64,000 nt of DNA, taken from assembly GCF_003918875.1 (NCBI RefSeq), contig NW_025767268.1, positions 868,001-932,000 of the forward strand, given 5' to 3'. Both the position numbers and the translations under genes were made by a program. Shown one piece after another: positions 33,201 to 44,246 of the stretch. Origin of the DNA: Haliotis rubra (taxonomy: Eukaryota). The notes beneath the pieces were generated by a model, which saw only the letters and a list, made by a program, of their open reading frames with translations, had not been told where the DNA came from and did no database searches. How positions within the stretch are numbered: the first letter of the stretch is position 1; each line of letters opens with the position of its first letter.

Positions 33201-36200
33201 GTATACCCATGTTTTGGAACGGCGGTGTAGCCTAATGGAACTGATTATGGCACTGTCGGTGTATCGAGTACATCACACACAGATCTCAGCAATGAAATAA
33301 TAACAATTTAACCATCTTACCATCTCTTGTTCTTTTATAGTGCCCTGAAGAAAGAATGTGAAGTTTCTTTTTGACTCAGTACATGTTGTTTCTCGAGGCC
33401 CCTGCAGGTGTTGGGTTCTCCTACAGTGACGACAGAAACTACACCACGAATGACGATGAGGTGACCGTCTTGGAAACACTACATCCATACTGCACGTCTG
33501 AAATATACTGCATCTCTCGTTGATCATTTGCATACACATTTATCATAAAGAAAAGCTCAGCTGAATTTTCCTATTTAGAGGTTGACATGCGCTACCACTT
33601 AGGTACCACTGCTATTTTTACCCTTGAAATATATCGGCTGTTTTTAAATTTCTTGTTGCCTGTTATGTCAGATATATTGACTGTAGATTTGTCATACTGC
33701 TTCAACTGTGTCGGTAACATTTAATATATACTTTTTTAGGTAGCCCAAAACAACTTCCTAGCGTTAAAGGATTTCTTCATGAAGTACCCCGAATACAAGA
33801 CCAACGATTTCTACATCACCGGGGAGAGCTACGGAGGCATCTACGTACCGACACTCAGCGCACTCGTCGTCGACGACCGCGACATCAACTTTAAGGTAAG
33901 TCTGTAGTTCGAGGATTCGTAAAGATTAACAAGTTAAACAGTCACATCGTTAAGATAATATAAAACAATCACATTAGTACGAATTACAATAACGGCATTG
34001 CTGAAATATATAGTCCACATATATAGTGGTGTAGTTGATAGAGTGTCTGCCGGACAGCGGGAGATCAGAGTTTGGATTCCCTCGTACCAAAAAACTTTAG
34101 AAGATATAACCTGTTGTTTTCCTGCCTAGCACTCTCCATGTAATGAAGTAAGCCATATGCTTGAATGTAGCTAAGTAATTTAAACCACGACTTCCGGTTT
34201 CCGGGTAGGATTGACCCCCGCAAACTATGTTGGTAATAAGAGGGGACGAAATTGCTCGGGCATGGTGACTTGCTTGATTGTATACCCAAAGGGAATTGAC
34301 CGTTGCGCACAATAACCATCACTGGATGTTCTGGTCAAGATTCGATTATCTAAGAACTGGCAACAGGAAGAAGGAACATGGAGTTTGGCGTTAAACAACA
34401 AACAAATACAGCTACAGCTCCTGTAACCGGAACAGTCATTATTGCTAGTAACTATGGTAACGCTTACATTGCTTCTCACTAGTGGTGTCCCGATTAATTG
34501 AAATAATCGAAGATTGGTCGCAGTGATCAAACGACCAAGCAATCGATCACAATTTCTCATAATCGAACATAAACGATTTTGGAACTACTGTTTAAGTCTT
34601 TGAAAAACTTGACAATGGAACATATCTTAGAAGTTGTCAGGGCCTGAAAACGTGTTTAATTCTTAGAAAACTCACTTCACTAATTGAAAAGCCATGACTG
34701 AATGTTTCTCTGAGACTCAAGGAAGTTTATGTTCATGATATATTAGTCATCACTTTATAGTAGCAAGTTGCAATCATGTTATACATATCTGCAATAACAA
34801 CCTGGATAGGAAAATCTGAAAAATTACGCTAACCAATTTTTTTCGATGATTGTTCGTTGGTTAAGAAGCAATCATCAATTGTGAGATTTCAACCAATTCC
34901 CAACACTACTTCTCACTCACTATTATGATAGCAACAACCGCTGTTCCTTGCCATATCTGTCAGAATGCCGCAGCTACAACAATGTCGTTAATGCTGCTTC
35001 CGATAATCCTTTCAGGGGTTTGCAGTTGGCAATGGCGTCACTGACGGCAGCATGCTTGACAACTCTATCATCTACTTCGCCTACTACCATGGCATCACCG
35101 GTGATATGTACGTATTCAGCATTTGTATTAAACCTGGAAGACGCGTGTCAACTGCCAGACACCAGGGTCCCGTTCCACAAAAACGATCGCAGCGCAACGT
35201 ATGTCGGAAGTCTATGTTAAAGTATACGAGTTACAAGGGCTAACGGTAGCTTTGTGAAACGGGGACTAGACTTAGTGACCTCTCCCTTATGGCATCTCGT
35301 TTGTTATGTTACATGTCTAGTGACATACCAGTCAACATGACGTTCCACAGCAAATGTTCATCTTCCAGCTTGTTTGGTAATGTGAAAATGTTTTGTAACA
35401 CTGATTTAACGCGATATGCGCATGACATAGTGATGACAGCAGGTGTTCGCAAAAAATGGATAAGCTTATCCTGACCTACCAACGGCGCCCATCATAAACA
35501 CATGCAAAGAAAAGTCGCGTTCACCTTGAAAACATCGCACCTTTCTCAGGTGAAAACAGGGAATTGCATTGGACATCATTTTGTGTTTTGTCGCCTGAAT
35601 CTAAATAGGTCCGAATAGGAACCAGATGCGGCGATCTCACTTGCCTCCTTTCTATCTAGCTGAGGTGAATAAATCAGTGGACTGGAATCGGATATTTGAC
35701 TGTAAGCGAAGGATATCAGATAATATAAACCTAAAGCTTAAGTTATATCTGTCAAAGTTCACCCTTTTTTCTCCTTGCCGTTCTGATCAGAAAGTCAGCG
35801 TCTTATTCGTAAAGATGTAAGTCAGCAAATAGGGTATCTGAGGGATGTGTACCTCTTTCCCGAATGTTTTACCCCAGTATGTTCAATGATATTAACAATT
35901 AGGAAGACCAGCATGCCGCATTCTGTCTCTTCAGATGGCATTTGCTTTCAGTTTTGATCAATGGTTCTCAACCTCTGAATATTAGATATGTAACTATTAG
36001 TTAGAAATGACATTCAGAGCAAGAAATGAAGGTGTCCTTTACGTTTGCCAATGTTGAAAATCCACATGCTTTGACATTATAGAATTATTGAGACTGCAAA
36101 ACAAATCCTGGCATTTCTTAAGCATCTATATGGTATTGCTCTTTCTCTAATACTATTTGTGAATATAGAGAAAGTCCTATGTTGATTGTATTTAAGGATT

Positions 36201-39200
36201 ATGGTATATCATTGAGACATCATTTACTGGACCGGTCAGTGTGTTCCTGTTTGTAGGATTTTTTTTTTCTTTCATGTTTTTATTCCCAGAATTATGTTTA
36301 CAGACTTTACCTCAGTAGTACAGTACAGGTAGCTTCTTAGTATGCAAGTACAGTGTTTCTTTGATCTCATTGTCAAATAACATGCTGTTCACAAATATGT
36401 AAGTTTCATTGTACACAAGTACAGTGTTTCCTTTGTCACTCACTCTAACATCATGCTGTTCACAAATATGCAAAAAGGTCAAACTAAGCATGTACGTGAA
36501 GTATTACATGTTTACAGACTTTATCTCAGTAGTACAGTACAGTACAGTACAGGTAGCCTCATAGTACATAAATATGTAAAATGGTCAAACTAAGCATGTA
36601 TATGAAGTGTTATATGTTTACAGATTTTACCTCAGTAGTACAGTACAGTACATGTAGCCTCCTAGTTTGTAGGAATTTTAATGAAGGCGGAATCTTGTAC
36701 AAACGAGGAACTGACAAAACTTTATGTTTTAAAATCAAGTCAAAAGTGGATTGTACTGATGAATCTTTTCAACAGATTCGCCCTCAGTTAACCGTCGCCG
36801 ATAATTTAGCCTTGTTAAATTATTATTCTTTGACGAAACAATATGTGAAGTGTTGTTTCCTCATAATGTCATTATTATTTGAGGCCATATATAAAGCATA
36901 TACATTTCCTGTGACGGTGTAATTGCAGTTTTTTAGTTCTTGGGAGATTTAGATCTCGGTACACCCTCATTAACACAGGTCGTTTCTTGTTCTCTAGCAC
37001 GTGGAACAACCTGATGACCTACTGCTGTCAGGGCCAGGAAGGTCGGTGCGACTTCAACGCCAAAAGCTCCAATGACACCAACTGCAAGAAAGCGGTAAAT
37101 GTCATATGTTACTTTTAAACACTACCGGGAAGATCCGGGTAAGAATTGGTCTACAGCAACCCACGCATGTCGTAAGAGGCAACAAACGGACTCGCTGAAT
37201 TGGTTGACACATGTCACCGTATCCCAACTGCGTAGATCGATGCTCATGAGGATGATCACTGGATTGTCTGGCCCAGCCTCGAATTTTTACAGACCGCATA
37301 GTATTTATGTTTGCTGAGTGTGGCGCATTTTATGCTCTCAGATGCAAATTAATATAGTTTCTGTTGTACATAGTTTTGACAAATAGTATATCACAACACT
37401 TATTGCTTTCAGCAGGATTGTCAAAAACTTCATCACACATCATAGCTTGTGACATTAAAAACAATTGATGATCGGTGTAAAGGGGAGGTAATTCTGTACG
37501 TTGAAGACACAGACACATATTGCTTATCTCCTCAGCTGTTCGAGTCGTACGAAGCACTGTACAGCAGCGGTCTGAACGTCTACAACCTGTACGGAGAGTG
37601 CGTGAACACGGCGACAGGACTGACATACGACGCCAGCACAGATACCTACATCTCCTCCAACTTCGGCTGGTTCCTGCCAAACTCACCCCGAGTCCAAGAA
37701 GAAATCAGAGTAGGTCTGAGAAAATAGATATTGAGTTTCAAAAACACAATCAAGACGTTGGTTAAAACGGAGTTCATTCAAACACAAGCGGCGTCTTTGA
37801 ATGAATCTAATAACCAAAGGAAAAACAGAATATGTGAAACAAGTACAATACGATCTAGGACGGTAATCGCCTTAAAGATGAATTGCTAGTTACAGTTGCC
37901 AGGAGTTGCGTTCCATGACTTGGTGTGAGGTTGCTAAGCCTGTTCGCCCGCTACACTTAATTATGCAAACACACAGTACTACTCCTGAATTACTCTTCAC
38001 AACATGAAAATATTGTTCTCTGATTTGTACAAAATTAAAGGATGCACCAGAGAGGATAAAATTCTCAGATGAGTCGAAATGGCAGCCGTGGCAACCGGGA
38101 ATATATCTAACAGTAAAGTGAACAAGACACAGCTCTACCAATCTGTTATTAGTCTACCTCGAGAGACCTGCTGATAAACTTGTTATTTGGTAGGAAATAA
38201 GAGAATATCCAATGGGATTTGAGGATTTTGTGTCACGCGTGGGTGAGTGAGTGTGTTAAGTTTAACGCCTCTTTGAACAGCCTTCCAGTTATATTTTGAC
38301 GTGTCAGCTGCATGCTGGAGTGAGTGAGTGAGTTTGGCTTTACGCCGCTTTTTGCAATATTCCATCAATATCACGGCGTGGAACTCTTGAAATGGGCTTC
38401 ACTTATTGTACCCATGTGGGAATTGAACCCGGGTCTTTGGCGTGACGAGCGACGCTTGAACTACTAGGCTACCCAACCGCCCGCTTCATGCTGGTGGAAA
38501 GCCCGAAAAGATGCGTGTCCTAGACGTTTACCACTTTGATGAAGCCCACGATTACATTGTTTTGTCGTGACAAAACTAGAAACATAATCGGAGTGAGCAG
38601 GGATTCGAACCAGCAATAACAGATTTCTGAGAGCCCGAAGCTCCTCACAGCGAATTTCGACAACTCTGACCATCCATCCCTGAAGGAACGCTGTAGATAG
38701 CTGCATGTGATGGCTAAACGGATTAAACTCGATTTATTGTACAAATATGGGGATACTTTGAAATTATGACGTCATGAACACTAGGTATTGTTAAACTGAT
38801 GCCATATCAACTTACCAATCAGCATCGAGAATATCAATATCGTGCCTCTATCGGAAAATTATCAAACAGATCTTTCTACGTTTGTCTCTAATACTTCTCA
38901 TTACAATGTTTTATGGTCTGAAGGTTATCAAGACTCTCCCAGCTGAGAAGCTCCGGGTAACACCGCCCTGTCTCAATGAAACAAACATCCTTGTATACCT
39001 GAATCAGCCGGAGGTGCGCCGAGCTCTCCATATACCAGACTCTGTCCAACGTTGGGATTCCTGCAGGTAGGTTTTGGAACATCTTATGACCACGGCTGTG
39101 TCGGGTGATATTGTGCAACCATGGCGGGGATTCTAGGGTGCTTCCGGTTAAATAGATTTCACATTCTGATTGTGACAATATTCGCTTGGTAGTTCATGAA

Positions 39201-41743
39201 GTTCTGACCCCCCATCAAAATCCGGCTAAGAATTGGTCTTAATGAGTCCATGCTTTCCATAGAGGCTGATAACGGGATAGGGTGATCGGATTGAACACTT
39301 GGTTGATAATGTCATCGTATCCGCTTCAATTTCTGTATGACTGGAGTAAGTGAGTGTTTTACGCCGCTTTAGAACTATTCCAGCAATATATGGGACTTCA
39401 TACATTGGCTTCACACATTGTACCCATGTTGGGGAATCGAACCCGGGTCTTCGGCGTAACCACTAGGCTACCCCACCGTCCCTGTATAGCTGGCACATTG
39501 GTCAGTGCGGCGTTAAAAAACAAACAAACAAATCACATTTATACCCTTTCTGATTGCAATTAACTTTCACTCCTGTTTACATACGCCGATCATGCTAGTT
39601 CAATCTATCGATATTGCAACAGAAAGATTGTGTTACACTTACTGATGTTGACTGATTTCACAGAAAAGCAACCTGTAATTTCTGAAAGCACTGAAGGGTT
39701 ATGAGTTAGTGATGATCTCATCCTTGTTTCAGTGGACCAGTGTCACAGGGATACGTCAGCACCTACAATACGATGAAGGAGAAGTACCTCAAGGTCCTTG
39801 ACGCAAAGGTTAGCATACATCATACCACATTCTAAGGTTTAGGGGCAGACTCTCCAACGGATTGTGTTGCTGTTTCCAGCAGATTCTTAAGTCGACAGTA
39901 TTATTGTTAAGAGACAGTATCTATTACTAGTATCTCTCCTGGTGAGAAATTACTTAGTTCCTTTAACTATCGTATTAAAAAATCGTTTCTAATGAGATGA
40001 AACTTGAAAGGCTTGGATCGACTAGATTCACCAGTTCTTAATTGGTGACAGATGTTCCATTTCCTATTAACTATTTAATCATAAAATGAATGAACTGTAT
40101 CGATTTCTTGGTATGTGATAATACGAGGTTGATGTTGCAGAAACGGGTGTTGGTGTACAACGGCGATGTGGACATGGCTTGTAACTTCCTGGGAGACGAA
40201 TGGTTTGTCGACTCCCTGAAACAGAAGGTAGACTTTTTGTCATAGAATATTTGTATGAATCACTGAGGCAATAAGAGAAATGTGGAGACCAGACTAATGA
40301 TATTTGTCCGTATAGAATTCTGAATTGTTACATATTTTCCTTCCTTCTAGTTGTATGCGTGCGCGTGTGTGTGTGCGCGCGTTTGTGCTATATTCTAACC
40401 GGGAGGTGCGGTTGGGTAGCCTAGGGGTTAAAGCTTTTGCTCGTCACGCCGAAGACCCGGGTTCGATTCCCCACATGGGTACAATGTGTGAAGCCCCTTT
40501 CTGGTGGCCCCCGCCGTGATATTGCTGGAATATTGCTAAAAGCGGCGTAAAACTTCACCCACTCACTCAATCTAGGCAGGTATCGATTCGGTGGCTCAGT
40601 CAGTTGACCATGCATGTCATCGATGCCTACATCTCCTGTTCACAGAGCGTCCTGGCCCGCAAGCCTTGGTACTACACTGCCGCCGACAAGACGAAACAAG
40701 TCGGGGGATTCGCCAGAGGGTTCGAGAATCTCGTGTACGTCACAGTCAGGGTACGTGACGTCATCTTGTCATCAATACAAGGTCTTCAACAATCTTTAGT
40801 TTTCATTGATCCACCTATGTCGGCATCTGTAGGTATCATAGATCCACGTCTTAAGGAATTATGGATCCACGTCTCTAGGTGTCATAGGTCCACATCGTTA
40901 GTTATCATAGATCCAGGTCCCTAAGAATCATAGACCCATGCCTGAAGTTATCCCAGATTCACTTCCCTTTGTATCCAAGGTCGGCATCAGCGGTTATCTT
41001 AGATCCACGTATCAAGGAATAATGGATCCACATATCCGTGTATCACAGGTCCACATCTATAGGTATTAAAGATTCACGTCTGTGGGTACTTATAACACTA
41101 CATCCCTAGTTATTATCGATCAACGTTACTCGGTATCATAGATCCAGGTCCTTAAGTATCATGGATCCAGGTCCTTAAGTATCATGGATCCAGGTCCTTA
41201 AGTATCATGGATCCAGGTCCTTAAGTATCATGGATCCAGGTCCTTAAGTATCATGGATCCAGGTCCTTAGGTGTCATGGATCCCGGTCATTAGGTGTCAT
41301 GGGTCCAGATATTTAGGTGTCAGAGATCCAGGTCGCTAGGAACCATAAAATGTCGTCTCTCGTTATCATAGATCTGCGCCCCGTGGTGTCTTATATCCAC
41401 GACTACATATCAGCGATCTCGGCGTGGTTTGGTAGACTGTCAGTCTTACCTGAAGTTATGACGATGCATACAATAAAAACGATCCCTAAAAGTATCATAG
41501 GTGCAATAAACCAGCCCCACGTGTTCTCTGGGTCAGTATCATAAATTACATTAATCTTTCCTCGCCGACATGGATAAACAAGAATTTCGAGTAGAAGCAC
41601 CGACCGATAAAACTGCAACAGGACATATTTTTATTCAATCTTTGACTTTCTATTTCCAGGGTTCCGGCCATATGGTTCCGTCAGATAAACCTGAGCCAGC
41701 GCTTGTAATGTTCACCAACTTCATTAAAAACACTCCTTTCTAG
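27234..41743 (+). CDS. CTSA: Cathepsin A-like serine carboxypeptidase, copy 2 (13 coding exons; exon 4 acceptor supplied by Tc1 TIR; about 473 aa)
   Basis: Exons 27234-27394, 30858-30972, 31540-31590, 33380-33460, 33740-33895, 35016-35107, 36998-37094, 37536-37709, 38924-39066, 39733-39808, 40141-40227, 40646-40750, 41660-41743. [15 protein letters not shown] and GSGHMVP intact. AATAAA at 41747. Expression depends on use of the exon-4 acceptor. Confidence 0.88.
27395..29030. repeat. 30-bp minisatellite starting at the CTSA-2 exon 1 donor
   Basis: Unit GTGAGAACACCTGGTGGTAATAATG(G/T)TGCT. Confidence 0.97.
29094..30673. mobile_element. Non-autonomous hAT-type DNA transposon
   Basis: TIR TAGGGCTCTCAC...GTGAGAGCCCTA, 8-bp TSD GTAGCAAG/GAAGCAAG, subterminal CTCGAGTAC/CCCGAG repeats, no transposase ORF. 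Confidence 0.8.
31858..33379 (+). mobile_element. Tc1/mariner DD34E DNA transposon
   Basis: About 23-bp TIRs CTGAGTCAAAAGAAAACTTCACA / TGTGAAGTTTCTTTTTGACTCAG, flanked by TA on both sides; contains a transposase. Confidence 0.95.
32152..33159 (+). pseudogene. Tc1 transposase with two frameshifts
   Basis: HTH N-terminus, GRPR motif, [25 protein letters not shown](P)IEHVW (34 aa D-to-E spacing after repair), ending RGGHTRY*. Frameshifts near 32567 and 32960. Confidence 0.92.
34480..34908. mobile_element. Non-autonomous hAT-type MITE
   Basis: TAGTG...CACTA ends, perfect 8-bp TSD CTTCTCAC; the equivalent site is empty in copy 3 (about 48630-48710). Confidence 0.8.
37123..37328 (+). mobile_element. 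SINE-like family B
   Basis: Homology to 14007-14256. Confidence 0.75.
38318..38484 (-). mobile_element. SINE family A
   Basis: Homologous to 2375-2542. Confidence 0.85.
39346..39481 (-). mobile_element. SINE family A nested in an older family B copy (about 39205-39530)
   Basis: Family B head lies to the left and family B tail to the right of the A copy. Confidence 0.7.
40402..40568 (+). mobile_element. SINE family A
   Basis: GGGTAGCCTAGGGGTTAAAG...GGGTTCGATTCCCC...GCTGGAATATTGCTAAAAGCGGCGTAAAAC...ACTCACTC. Confidence 0.9.
41140..41335. repeat. 23-bp minisatellite (degenerate copies back to about 40800)
   Basis: GGATCCAGGTCCTTAAGTATCAT. Confidence 0.9.
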
Positions 41744-42014
41744 AAGAATAAACATTCGGAATTTATCAATTGTACATTGACTTAATACTCACAGATCAAT
41801 AATTCTTTGTATGCGTTCTTCAGTGTCTTAGCGAGATATGATTCATATGCAGTGACACAGAGGAAACGTATTGCACACCGCTTCAGTATTTAAATAGCAA
41901 TTTGTAGATTTTAAAGCTAAGTATTGTAGTTTGTTCACATTTTCAAGTTAAGATTGCTGTGTAAATAAACTATTGCTTTACATTTGCGTTTCCATACCTT
42001 CTATACTCAGTGAT

Positions 42015-43210
42015 GTTGACAAACACATGGTATTGACAAACAAACAAACACGTGGTATTGACAAACCAACAAACGCGTGGTATTGACAAACCAACAAACA
42101 CGTGGTATTGACAAACCCACAAACACGTGGTATTGACAAACCAACAAACACGTGGTATTAACAAACCCATAAACACGTATTGACAAACCAACAAACACGT
42201 GGTATTGACAAACCAACAAACACGTGGTATTGACAAACCAACAAACACGTCAACAAACACGTGGTATTGACAAACCCAAAACAACCAAGTGGTACTTGAC
42301 AAATCAACAAACACGTGGTATTAAAAACCAATAAAAACACGTAGTATTGACAAACCAACAAACACGTGGCATTGACAAACCAACAAACACGTGGTATTGA
42401 CAAATCAACAAACACGTGGTATTGACAAACCAACAACCAAGTGGTACTTGACAAATCAACAAACACGTGGTATTAAAAACCAATAAACCCATAAACACGT
42501 GGTATTGACAAAAACACGTGGTATTAACAACAAATTGACAAACCAACAAATACGTGGTATTGACAAACCAACAAACACATGGCATTGACAAACCAACAAA
42601 CACGTGGTACTGACACACCAACAAACACGTGGTACTGACAAACCAACAAACACGAGGCATTGACAAACCAGCAAACACGTGGTACTGAAAAATTAACAAA
42701 AACGTGGTATTGACAAACCCACAAACACGTGGTATTGACAAACCAACAAACACGTGGTATTGACAAACCAACAAACACGTGGTATTGACAAACCAACAAA
42801 CACGTGGTATTGACAAACCAACAAACACGTGGCATTGACAAACCAACAAACACGTGGTATTGACAAACCAACAAACACGTGGTATCAACAAACCAATAAA
42901 CACGTAGTATTGACAAACCAACAAACATGGTATTGACAAACCAACAAACACGTGGTACTGACAAATCAACAAACACGTGGTATTAACAAACCAATAAACA
43001 CGTGGTATTGACAAACCAACAAACACGTGGTACTGACAAACCAACAAACACGTGGTATTGACAAACCCACAAACACATGGTATTGACAAACCAACAAACA
43101 TGGTATTGACAAACCAACAAACACGTGGTACTGACAAACCAACAAACACGTGGTACTGACAAACCAACAAACACGTGGTACTGTCAAACCAACAAACACG
43201 TGGTATTGAC
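42015..43210. repeat. 25-bp minisatellite containing CACGTG
   Basis: Unit ACAAACCAACAAACACGTGGTATTG. Confidence 0.97.
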
Positions 43211-44246
43211 TAACCTATAAACAGTCAAGGGGGAGCCGCTATTTGAACCACGATGTCAGGATCCTGACATGTTTCATGATGTAAATTGCGTCACCTAAGA
43301 CAAAAGTGCCACCTTTTCCCCACAACAGAGTTGAAACTTTATGAAGGCTTCATCTGTTGAGAATACACAATGCTAGTTAGGAAGTGTGACATAATTACAC
43401 TTTCTCAGAAAAGTTCGGATTCAAACTGAGTCCGATCAGGGAGTCGAACATACGATCTAAGAGTGAAAAGCTTCATCGCCAGCACACAAAGTTAGCGATC
43501 TAACCCTCCCAGCCAACAAATTTTCACAAAAATGGAAGTCTAGAACATCTATTTTGTGTGCCACTCTGTAATAGAATCAGCGCGTTATCTATTGTCTTGA
43601 CAAGCTGATATTTACGGAGACTAGATACTCAGGCTGCCATGCAACCCACAGCTTAGAGAAACAGTTCAGCTACATCCCCGTGGGTAGCCCTATCTCTCAC
43701 GGCTTCAACCCAGGTATTGGGTGAATATGTATAACCCATATCACATAAATGGGATTAACTTGATATACAGGGCCTGTGCAATGACAGCACGTCGCAAACC
43801 AGATTACACAATTCACGCTTACGAGATACCACGGCAAAGACGAAGACACAAGTCTGTAGAGAGATACACAAGTCTGACAGGTAAGGCCTGAACATGTCGA
43901 TAGGATGTACCTGACTGAATTTTTAAGCTGCCTATGTAAAGCTGGTATTGGTGAGTACAGTAAGACTGTAACACAAGAAATTTACTTCACACTTTGTACT
44001 CATTGATTTAGGTTATCGAAGCTGGGTCTTCGGCGTGTCGAGTGAACGCTTTTAAGGACTTGGTTGTCCTAAATAACTACAAATAAAGACATTTTACACG
44101 TGATTTCCCCAGTGATTATAATTTAAGAACAAAATTTCACCTGTTCCATTCATAACATGTTTGAACTATATGTATGTCTTTCCAATTTGTCCCTCCGTGA
44201 AATATGAAGATGGAATATTTAAAGGTAAATTCGTCAACAATCAAAC

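Noticed and set aside
40402-40480. Possible tRNA-Asp gene
   Set aside because: No proper acceptor stem; continues into a multi-copy SINE body and tail.
41970-43199. Cys-rich minus-strand ORFs, or a CRISPR-like array
   Set aside because: 25-bp head-to-tail repeat with no unique spacers, no cas genes, eukaryotic context.
42015-43210. Common origin of the 25-bp and 27-bp intergenic arrays
   Set aside because: Only short words (ACATGGT, TGACA) are shared; not convincing homology.
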